Notes under the pieces: generated by a model
The model's database searches: none
Seen by the model: the letters and a program-made list of their open reading frames with translations, nothing else
Told to the model about the DNA's origin: nothing
Made by a program: the position numbers and the translations under genes
Origin: a virus
Taxonomy: Duplodnaviria > Caudoviricetes
Direction: 5' to 3' (one strand)
DNA: 26,279 bases
Virus record (IMG/VR): IMGVR_UViG_3300024240_000011
Location: 1-26,279 of that record
Part shown: positions 1 through 8,218 of the stretch, piece by piece
Layout of the letters: each line of letters begins with the position of its first letter
Numbering within the stretch: the first letter of the stretch is position 1

Positions 1-2
1 TA

Positions 3-329
3 ACTAAAAATTTGCTTGAAGAATTAACAAATTTATTATTGAATCCTAAAATAGAATTATTTATAAAAAAATGTTATGAATTAAATGAACTAAGAAATAA
101 AACTGTGCATAGATTAATAACAGTTAAATCAGTCAAATCAACCCTTGTTCAATGTAAAAAAGTAAAAAGATTATTCAAAGAAATTTTCAAATTGTTTGAA
201 AAAATATTTCATGAAATTCTAATTTCTATGCAAAATAAAGAATATTTTAAAAACGTAGAAAAATCTTTAGGAATTGATTCTATAAAAATTGAAAAATTAT
301 TGTTGGAATTTAAAAATCAACAGCAATAA
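3..329 (+). CDS. HEPN-motif protein, 3' part only (frame is open to the window edge)
   Basis: Helical Lys/Glu-rich protein with LNELRNKTVH, matching the R-x4-H HEPN RNase motif. No stop codon upstream of the annotated TTG at 12. Confidence 0.55.
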   Translation, partial: TKNLLEELTNLLLNPKIELFIKKCYELNELRNKTVHRLITVKSVKSTLVQCKKVKRLFKEIFKLFEKIFHEILISMQNKEYFKNVEKSLGIDSIKIEKLLLEFKNQQQ

Positions 330-411
330 TATTTTTTACTGCGGAAGTGTATGAGCATCCCCGTGCCCGTCTCCTCAACTCGGCGAGAACTTTTCATTCA
401 TACCGACCACC

Positions 412-540
412 AAAGTTACCTGCCTATGCTAATACGGAATTAGCCAACTACCTGCATTTTTAATCAAATTTCAATGAATATAGGTAACTTTCCCTGATTA
501 TTGCCTATACTGATTATATACTGCCTATATACTGCCCTAT
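412..540. repeat. Array of short repeats in the non-coding left end
   Basis: Perfect 10-bp inverted repeat AAAGTTACCT (412-421) / AGGTAACTTT (482-491). TGCCTAT at 421, 502 and 522, variant TGCCCTAT at 533. CTGATTA at 494 and 510. Confidence 0.65.
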
Positions 541-768
541 ATTTGAGCGTAAATGCGGTCTGGTGGCTTGATTTATGCCATCATTAGCCATTTATATACC
601 CTTATTTTATGCAATTTTTGAATGTTTTTCAATGATTTGAAATGAAATAAGTGTTGAAAAAATGAGCAGTTTAAGAGTGCTGGAAAGAACGTGCGGAAGG
701 TATAATCCCTGCCCACTTTCCTTATACTATTATATATAAACTTTTATATGAATGAATATAATCAAACA

Positions 769-1692
769 CTACTTCAGTTCTGGAATATGTTCTAATATAT
801 ACTTATATACTTCTGCTAGACTGAATGAACAGGCACCAGTTGTATAATTATTGTTCTTAATATATTTAAGTAAATAATCAGATTTAAAGTTTATTAAAGT
901 GTTCTGAATTATTTTATATAATGATTTATTAATTACTTTAATATAAGCAAACATTCTATATGAATGATGGGATTGTTGTTTATTAGTTAATAGTTCACCG
1001 AAGTCTTGACCTGAACCCCATCGTAACATTTTAAAATCATATTCATTTTTATTGGGAATATAGTTCTTGTCTTGTTTTCTTATTTCAAATACTTTAACAG
1101 CATTCAGATTATATTTAATATATTTAATTGATTCAATATGTTTACAAATAATATAGCATACATTAACAATTTTTTCAGAATAATCTGGGTCGTTTGGATT
1201 CTTTCCGTTTGTAAATATAGTTTGATGCAGTTCTTCTGAATATATTATATTTAAATCTAATTTGTTTCTTAGGAAAGTGATTGGTAATATGAAGCCAGTA
1301 TAGCCAGCAATTTTGTTTGATTGTTTAATAAATGCCCTTGCCACCATACTTGCCCTTCCGAATGGTGGATTTCCTATAATAAGTCTATTTTGTTTGAATG
1401 CTAAATTTAATTTTAAATAATCTGCTTTTATTATGTTCTTATTATTTTCTGGAAATAAATCATAAGCAACACATCCTTTAATCTGACTTGAGAATGCACC
1501 AGAACCCGCACTTGGTTCAATAATTTCTAATTCATTTATATTTACACCTTCTTTTTGCAGAACTAAAAATGTTTTTGTTATTAAATTTGATGCTAATTCT
1601 GTTGGAGTAAAATATTTGTCATTCGGAATAACATATTTTCGAGCTGCATATTTTGTGCAGTTGTCACCTTTTCGTTTTTCATTTTTACGCAC
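769..1692 (-). CDS. SAM-dependent DNA methyltransferase, probably N6-adenine (orphan)
   Basis: DKYFTP, motif I IIEPSAGSGAF, motif IV IIGNPPFG and FILP. GTG start. Confidence 0.85.
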   Translation of the reverse strand: MRKNEKRKGDNCTKYAARKYVIPNDKYFTPTELASNLITKTFLVLQKEGVNINELEIIEPSAGSGAFSSQIKGCVAYDLFPENNKNIIKADYLKLNLAFKQNRLIIGNPPFGRASMVARAFIKQSNKIAGYTGFILPITFLRNKLDLNIIYSEELHQTIFTNGKNPNDPDYSEKIVNVCYIICKHIESIKYIKYNLNAVKVFEIRKQDKNYIPNKNEYDFKMLRWGSGQDFGELLTNKQQSHHSYRMFAYIKVINKSLYKIIQNTLINFKSDYLLKYIKNNNYTTGACSFSLAEVYKYILEHIPELK

Positions 1693-1754
1693 AGGTCTTC
1701 TTCCATATTAAAAAAGGAAATGAAACCTGTTATAAAATTTATTAAATATTTTTA

Positions 1755-3059
1755 TTATTCGTTTGGTATGTTATCGTTTGAAACATCTGTATTGTCGTTT
1801 ATATTATTATCTTCAGTATTTACATCATTGTTTGAATTTGGATTCGTAATATTATTTAAACTTACTGGCGTGTTTAATCCTGGAAGTGGAGCGTAACCCA
1901 TATATTTTCTGTATTCGTTCCAAGTTAATCCACCTTTTAATCCTAATTCAAATTCTTTTAATGCATCTATATTTTCGATTCTTGGCAATAAATGTCTAAT
2001 AAAAATATTTTCCTTCGGGTATTGATTATAAATATATTTATTGAATGCAGAATCTATTATATGAATTTCTGGTAATAGAACATTCTTGTAATAATTTAAA
2101 GTATTTTGTTGACCTGTGGAGCGGTTCACAGTTGAAGAATCCCCGAGCATATCGCCAGGTAAAGCCCAGGGTTTCATTATTGCTTTTTCTGTTTCTTTTC
2201 GACCAGAAATAAAGTCCAAATCTTTAGCATTCCAACTTGTTGCAAATGGCTTTATTCCTTCATCTAAAAATGCTGTTTTTCTCGCATTATTTGGACCAGC
2301 AAATTGTGCGTTCCATTGTTCCAAAAATGTTCTTTTTGAATCTGCGGAATATTTTCTGTCTGAAAGTAGAATGAAATTTATTTGTGCATCATTCATCAAC
2401 TGACGTTCCTGATATCTTAATTGAGACTGGTAAAGAGAAAATGTTAATTCATTTTCATAAATAATACTTGTTCCAAAAAAATAATTTGTATTAAAACTAT
2501 TATTAGCAATATTTATATTTTTTACAGGTCCAATTATTTGATTTCTTTCAAATCTATTTCCAGTAATTCTGTCTTCAATTCCAGTTATATTATTATTTGA
2601 ATCTCTAATTATTTGAACTTGCATAGGATGAACCAGAACAATTTCTTTTGGCTTTCTATATTTAACGCCTCTTAGAACAACTGGAAATGCAGTTCCATAA
2701 ATCCATCTGTGAAGACAGATTGTTTGGTATAATTCGTTGGCAGTCATTTCAGATGAGGGATGCAATAATAAATCAATAAATTCATGTTGATTTAATTGTT
2801 CGTTGTCCATTGCATCAGTTTTGCGAAACATTACAGGTGTGGCTGTCGCAATGTCTGAAGCAATAAAACGCATTATATTCATTGGTAGCCCTTGAATTAA
2901 CTGGGTTAAAGAATAATTGCTTCTGTAAGTTAAATCGTGCCAATTCATATAAGCAACACCGAATCCTGGAATCCCTAAATTTGAATTAAATTCTTTTTCA
3001 AATGAGTTGTTTTCATTTCTTAAAAATCTGGTAATTTTATTTATTATATTCATCTGCAT
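1755..3059 (-). CDS. Phage portal protein, HK97 family
   Basis: IASDIA, LLLHPS..MT, WIYGTAF, FAGPNNARKTAFLDEG, KDLDF..GRK and LTWNEYRKYMGYAPL motifs. Lies directly after terL. ATG at 3059 or 3053 is more likely than the TTG at 3083. Confidence 0.92.
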   Translation of the reverse strand: MQMNIINKITRFLRNENNSFEKEFNSNLGIPGFGVAYMNWHDLTYRSNYSLTQLIQGLPMNIMRFIASDIATATPVMFRKTDAMDNEQLNQHEFIDLLLHPSSEMTANELYQTICLHRWIYGTAFPVVLRGVKYRKPKEIVLVHPMQVQIIRDSNNNITGIEDRITGNRFERNQIIGPVKNINIANNSFNTNYFFGTSIIYENELTFSLYQSQLRYQERQLMNDAQINFILLSDRKYSADSKRTFLEQWNAQFAGPNNARKTAFLDEGIKPFATSWNAKDLDFISGRKETEKAIMKPWALPGDMLGDSSTVNRSTGQQNTLNYYKNVLLPEIHIIDSAFNKYIYNQYPKENIFIRHLLPRIENIDALKEFELGLKGGLTWNEYRKYMGYAPLPGLNTPVSLNNITNPNSNNDVNTEDNNINDNTDVSNDNIPNE

Positions 3060-3092
3060 TCCCAAAAAATAACTGGACAACAAAATCTATTT

Positions 3093-4517
3093 TTATAAGC
3101 ACACAAATTCTGGCGCTTCTGTTTCAACTAATTCGGAACCGATTAAATAAATAGCATAACCAAGTGAATCAACTAAGTGACCGATTCCCTTCCCTTCCCG
3201 TGATTTGTCTAATTTTCCATTGGCTTTTAAAACTGCTTGTTCAATGTCTTTGATTGTTTCCTGACAAGATTCTGAATTTAAAAGCAATCCAACTTCTTTT
3301 TTTACATTTAAAACTTTGTCATTAAAAATTGAAACCCTGTCTGAATGAGTTGGATTTTGTTTTTTATAAGTGAAATTTGCTCCAGGGTAATGACTAAATA
3401 AAATGTCCCAAGCATTTTCATTATTTCCAGAAGCTAAATAACTTCTTGCACCACCTGCCGCATCCCCATACATCTCGAGATTTCCTTTCCAATCAATTTC
3501 ATTTAAAAATCTGTCAAGATGTTTCATTTGATTTTGTAGATTGCAGTTTGGATTTTTAAATTCCCAGTGGCAAATTATAACCTCATTCTGAAATGAATAA
3601 TCTTCTGGCAATGAAACATATTGCTGAATTACATATTTTGGAACCGACTGAAACATACACCAGCAATGCCAAGTTTGATTGAAGTCCATTCCAATAGAAA
3701 GTGGGAAATCTGGAAATATTGGAAATTCTTGTGAATGAATTTTTCTGTCGAAGTCTGGAAATGCTTTTCCGTCCATCGATTTAAATTTTGCTTCGTATTC
3801 TTGTTCAAATAAAACTGGATTTCTTTTTTTAGCTCTTTCAAGTTTTTCTTTTGTTACGAAAGGACTTTCATCACTTCTAAAAGTCCAACTTTTATATACA
3901 TCATTTTCTTGTTGCCCTAATTCCCAAAAATCAAAAAAGCGATTGAAACCGCGTGGAGTAGAAATAAAAACAACTTGCGAATCTGGAGTTAAATTTGCTT
4001 CTATTGCAATGTCATAAAAGTCATCTAAATTTTTATATACAGCTATCTCATCGAGCACCACAAAATCCATACGTACCCCAACTAAATTGTCACGTTTTTC
4101 CGCTGTGAATAAATAAATAATATTATTATTCGGGAATAATATACTTAATTCATGTTCGTTTGTTTTATAGCCGATTTGAATTTCTTCTAATTCTAATTCA
4201 GTTAATTGTCGTTTTGTTTTATTATTTTCTTTACAATATTCTTCTATTCTTCTTTTGTCAATTTCAGTTAATATTTGTTTTAGCAAACGCCAATATATTT
4301 TTTTCGTATTACTAAAGTTTTTAGAAATGATATATATTTCTTGCTGTTCTAATCCTTTATTCATTGCCCAATCAAGTGCAAGAACTGAACCCAACACCGA
4401 TTTACCAAAATAACGACCTGCGCAAACTATGCGAATTGGATGCTTGTCGTTATAAACTGCTAACTGCCCTGGGTGTGCATCGACGATTTTTCCAGATTTT
4501 GGAAATTCAAATTTCAA
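3093..4517 (-). CDS. terL: Terminase large subunit
   Basis: HPGQ adenine-binding motif, Walker A GRYFGKS, Walker B VVLDE, coupling motif ISTPRG, FEQEYEAKF, RNase H-like nuclease motifs GMDFN and HLVDSLGY. Confidence 0.95.
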   Translation of the reverse strand: MKFEFPKSGKIVDAHPGQLAVYNDKHPIRIVCAGRYFGKSVLGSVLALDWAMNKGLEQQEIYIISKNFSNTKKIYWRLLKQILTEIDKRRIEEYCKENNKTKRQLTELELEEIQIGYKTNEHELSILFPNNNIIYLFTAEKRDNLVGVRMDFVVLDEIAVYKNLDDFYDIAIEANLTPDSQVVFISTPRGFNRFFDFWELGQQENDVYKSWTFRSDESPFVTKEKLERAKKRNPVLFEQEYEAKFKSMDGKAFPDFDRKIHSQEFPIFPDFPLSIGMDFNQTWHCWCMFQSVPKYVIQQYVSLPEDYSFQNEVIICHWEFKNPNCNLQNQMKHLDRFLNEIDWKGNLEMYGDAAGGARSYLASGNNENAWDILFSHYPGANFTYKKQNPTHSDRVSIFNDKVLNVKKEVGLLLNSESCQETIKDIEQAVLKANGKLDKSREGKGIGHLVDSLGYAIYLIGSELVETEAPEFVCL

Positions 4518-4563
4518 CTATATTACCAATTATAAAAGAGAAGAAAACTTTGGTGTGTAAATT

Positions 4564-5145
4564 TTAAAGTAAACTTGAATTTAAGTCTTTGTTTGCTTTT
4601 TTTGTTATGTTTGTATTTGTTTTGTTGTCACTAATTCCTGTTAATATTTTGCTTACTTTTTCCTTCATTATATTATCTTTCCCATCAAATATTTCATCAA
4701 ACCAGTCGTACATTTTTTCTCTTAATTGAGAATTTCTTAAATTTTCCCTTATGGCGTTTTCTTGAATTATTTGCAAATTTAAAAATGCAAGAATTTTTTT
4801 TACAACTGCATTCTTTAAATACCTGCAAAGTTGATGTTCCGTTATTCCCATTTCTTCTGCTATTTTTTTCTGGGTAACATTGCCTAGAACGTTTCTATAA
4901 AGAATAGTTTTTTGGTATTTGTTTTCTAATTTTACAAATTCATCAAATAAATCTGGAGGTAATACATCCAGCAATTCATCTCGACTTTGAATAACCTTAA
5001 TTGGCAGGTCATCATTTTCCAATTGAATTTGAGTATTTGTTATTTCATATATATGCTGACAAAATCCACATTTACGAAGCATAGAATTACCTTCGACTGC
5101 TTCTTGACAATTTATTTTTCTACATTTAGGACACTCTATAATCAT
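4564..5145 (-). CDS. Probable terminase small subunit (N-terminal Zn ribbon plus HTH)
   Basis: Immediately upstream of terL. CPKC-x16-CGFC, HTH VTQKKIAEEMGITEHQLCRYL and a helical C-terminal half. Confidence 0.6.
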   Translation of the reverse strand: MIIECPKCRKINCQEAVEGNSMLRKCGFCQHIYEITNTQIQLENDDLPIKVIQSRDELLDVLPPDLFDEFVKLENKYQKTILYRNVLGNVTQKKIAEEMGITEHQLCRYLKNAVVKKILAFLNLQIIQENAIRENLRNSQLREKMYDWFDEIFDGKDNIMKEKVSKILTGISDNKTNTNITKKANKDLNSSLL

Positions 5146-5153
5146 TTAATTTC

Positions 5154-5402
5154 CTAATTATTTTTTTCTGCAAATTTTGAAACTATTTTTCCAGTAACTA
5201 AACTTCCCAATAAAACACCAACTAAAACTGTTATTCGGTCAAGTATGCTTAAATCAAATCCCCAATTTTTGCTTTCCAATGAAATTAGAATAAATATACC
5301 TTCTAAAATTGCAACTAAAATTAATCCCATTATAAGAGAAACACGCATTGAACTTATTTCTGGATTTTCACTAAATAACTTTTTTAAAAATTCTTTAATC
5401 AT
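5154..5402 (-). CDS. Holin-like two-TM membrane protein
   Basis: 82 aa with two hydrophobic segments, SSMR before TM1 and a charged C-terminus. Follows the tail genes. Confidence 0.6.
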   Translation of the reverse strand: MIKEFLKKLFSENPEISSMRVSLIMGLILVAILEGIFILISLESKNWGFDLSILDRITVLVGVLLGSLVTGKIVSKFAEKNN

Positions 5403-5406
5403 ATTT

Positions 5407-5673
5407 TTATATTCCTTTTACTAAAATTGCACCCAATATTCCGAGCACAAACGTAAATACACCAATTATAACAGATGTAATCCAAGCAGGTCTTTTATTT
5501 ATATTAATTTGTAATTCGTCAACTTTTTCTTTCATATTTTTGATTACCAAATCTGATTTTATTTCAGCTTTGTCTAGTGCTATTTTATGTAATTCAAAAG
5601 TTAAATCTACTCGTTTTCCTAATTCAATAAATTTCATTTCAATATATTCTTTTAAAGAAATTTCGTTTGCCAT
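5407..5673 (-). CDS. Small coiled-coil protein with C-terminal TM helix (lysis-cassette, XhlA-like architecture)
   Basis: Charged helical N-terminus, then WITSVIIGVFTFVLGILGAILV. AGGA RBS upstream. Confidence 0.5.
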   Translation of the reverse strand: MANEISLKEYIEMKFIELGKRVDLTFELHKIALDKAEIKSDLVIKNMKEKVDELQININKRPAWITSVIIGVFTFVLGILGAILVKGI

Positions 5674-5710
5674 TAATATTTATTCCTAATATTTTAAATT
5701 ACCAACTTTC

Positions 5711-7621
5711 TTAAAAAACTGATTCCCATTGCCCATTTGTATGATTTTGGCGAATCCAAGTGTCTATGTCTATACAACGAAATTCGAAGTCGTGGTCATA
5801 ATACATCTCACCCATAAATCCAGTTGAATTTGAATGTTCAATTGTTCGCATTGTATTTATAAATCTGGATGTTGTTATATTTCCAACAATTGAATTTGCA
5901 TTAAAAGTATTTACATTTGTTGTTCCAGAAACATAAAAATTTGATGCTGTAGCACTACTAAAATTTGCAGATAAACTTGCAACATTTCCTGCTGTTAATG
6001 TTTTTGTAAGGTAAATATCTTTTCCGAGAATGTCATTTGTCATTTTCAAATCGGAAGCGGTGATAGAATTTAATACAGAATTACCAGAAACATTTAAATC
6101 GCCAGTATTTGTTGTGCCATTTACATCAAGACCATCAGAAGATAATTCTTCACTTGCATATATACCTTTAGCGTTAATAGTATCAGCTGATAATCCTCTA
6201 TTAATTTTAAAATTAGTTCCGTTGTCAGTAATTATTCCAGTTCCAACACTTAGTTCAGTTGCTGTTGAATATTGAATTTTATTTGTTCCCGTAATAATAG
6301 GTGTTAATACACTTGTAATTCTTTCACCTGTGCCATTAACAATGGATGGAACAATATTTCCCTTAAATTCCACACCTTCACCAAAATCGCAATTATATAA
6401 AGTTAATTCGGTCGCGTCTATACAATTAAAAATTATATTTTGGAATCTAATGTTAGTATATATAAATGGATTTTCAGAATCATTCATATATAATTCAAAA
6501 CCATCATATACAATTCTACCAACTGCACCAGCACTTAATCCAGTTGTATCTGGGGCAATTTTGACACCAGCCCCCGATGCTTTAACGTGAACATAATCTT
6601 TTGGCTTTACAGACATTCCTATAACACCGCCAGCAGTTCCATTTCCTGGTATTATCGCGGTAATATTTTTATTTGATGTTGCATTAGCATTTGCATATGT
6701 TATTCCTTCGCTCCATGATGCATATACACTTCCTGTAGTTGTTCCATTTGGAATTATCCTAATAATATTCTGGCTTTCCTGATATGCACCTGAACCCATT
6801 GTGTTTATTCTTGTAGTAATTTCTGAATCAATATACCCTTTATTACTAAGATGCCAATTATTTGTAGGTGGACAACTACATATTGGTGGTATACGAGGTG
6901 ACATATCCAATGGTGTAAATGAAACAATATTTTTAAATACAGTCATTGAATCAACATATTGTGTATTTGAAGATGATAATACCAAACAACTTGTAATAGA
7001 ATCATCAACATATTTTTTTCTTGTTAAAGAATTATCAGTGTCTGGATTTGAATAACAAAAAGGAGCAGAAGCGTTATCAAATACTACAAAATTTTCAAAA
7101 CTTGCTATTGAATTAACATATTGAATATTATTTGAAGATAGTGCAAGATATCCCGTAAGTGCACCTGTTACAGAATTAATTTTATTGTCAATATATGTTT
7201 TATTCGTTAAATCATAAGGTGAAATAGGGTCTAAGTTTTGTTTTAATTGACCAGTAATATTTATTCCAATACCAGAACCAGTTTCAGATAAAATTGCAAC
7301 TTGCAACGTTCCTGAAAATAATTTTGTTCCAACTACTGTTTGATTATTAGATAAATCCATAAAATAACTATCGGGTTCACCAATCCACTGCATTCCAAAC
7401 CAAGTTTGCCATACATCATCAATATATAAACCACAATATTGCCAGCCTGTAATTCCGCTTGCTGTGTAATTACCTTCGTTATTTTGTTTTGTAAAACCTG
7501 AATATGAAATATAACTTCCCCAGGTATTACCAGAATATGTTTTGAAATTTACATTACTTTTTACTAAAGTTATATTAGGTGTTCCGTCGGGATTCCAAAC
7601 TCTAAAAGGTACTTCGGCCAT
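5711..7621 (-). CDS. Tail fibre / receptor-binding protein
   Basis: Three stalk repeats (DLTNKTYID, SLTRKKYVD, HLSNKGYID), a beta-rich Gly/Asn/Thr central region and C-terminal GFMGEMYYD..FRC..DTWIR. Last gene of the tail module. Confidence 0.75.
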   Translation of the reverse strand: MAEVPFRVWNPDGTPNITLVKSNVNFKTYSGNTWGSYISYSGFTKQNNEGNYTASGITGWQYCGLYIDDVWQTWFGMQWIGEPDSYFMDLSNNQTVVGTKLFSGTLQVAILSETGSGIGINITGQLKQNLDPISPYDLTNKTYIDNKINSVTGALTGYLALSSNNIQYVNSIASFENFVVFDNASAPFCYSNPDTDNSLTRKKYVDDSITSCLVLSSSNTQYVDSMTVFKNIVSFTPLDMSPRIPPICSCPPTNNWHLSNKGYIDSEITTRINTMGSGAYQESQNIIRIIPNGTTTGSVYASWSEGITYANANATSNKNITAIIPGNGTAGGVIGMSVKPKDYVHVKASGAGVKIAPDTTGLSAGAVGRIVYDGFELYMNDSENPFIYTNIRFQNIIFNCIDATELTLYNCDFGEGVEFKGNIVPSIVNGTGERITSVLTPIITGTNKIQYSTATELSVGTGIITDNGTNFKINRGLSADTINAKGIYASEELSSDGLDVNGTTNTGDLNVSGNSVLNSITASDLKMTNDILGKDIYLTKTLTAGNVASLSANFSSATASNFYVSGTTNVNTFNANSIVGNITTSRFINTMRTIEHSNSTGFMGEMYYDHDFEFRCIDIDTWIRQNHTNGQWESVF

Positions 7622-7661
7622 TTTATTTAATTCCTATATAAAAATATAATCGTAAACTTTA

Positions 7662-8180
7662 TTATGAAACCTGCTTTATCCCCCAGTTGACTGGATTGCA
7701 ACATCCAATATAATAAACTGAATTTGGATTTATCCAATTAAAATCATATTGAGGATACTTTGTTGTAAATTTTAAAACGAATCCTTCAACACCAACACCT
7801 GAATTTATCCCTGTTATAACATTTCTTAATTCAACTTCATCGTTTGTGCATTCAACTTCAAAATATCTCCATTCATATTCAGAATGAGGAATAAGAATTA
7901 ATATTTTATTATTAACTTTTGCCTGCAATAAATCTTGAATATAAAATGTATTAACTAAACGTGATAATGATTTAAAAGACAACTCAAAATCTAAAAGAAA
8001 ATATTCGCATTCATAATCCAATGCACCCCATAATAATTGTCGTTTTGTTCCAAAAAATCTTGGAATTTCTTTTATTCCTTCTTCATCACAACGGTCAAAG
8101 TTTAATACTTTTTCAATATTATAATTATCATCAGCAGTATGAATGACAGATGCCCTATTCCCATTTATATATTCTTTCAT
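7662..8180 (-). CDS. Tail tip protein (possibly distal-tail-like)
   Basis: 172 aa beta-rich protein between the tail hub and the fibre. Positional call. Confidence 0.4.
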   Translation of the reverse strand: MKEYINGNRASVIHTADDNYNIEKVLNFDRCDEEGIKEIPRFFGTKRQLLWGALDYECEYFLLDFELSFKSLSRLVNTFYIQDLLQAKVNNKILILIPHSEYEWRYFEVECTNDEVELRNVITGINSGVGVEGFVLKFTTKYPQYDFNWINPNSVYYIGCCNPVNWGIKQVS

Positions 8181-8218
8181 AATATATCCGAATAAAAGAA
8201 ATACGAAAATTTTTATAA

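Noticed and set aside
340-410. tRNA or tRNA-derived att site in the GC-rich island
   Set aside because: No cloverleaf, T-loop GTTC(G/A)A or acceptor stem found, and no matching direct repeat at the other end of the window.
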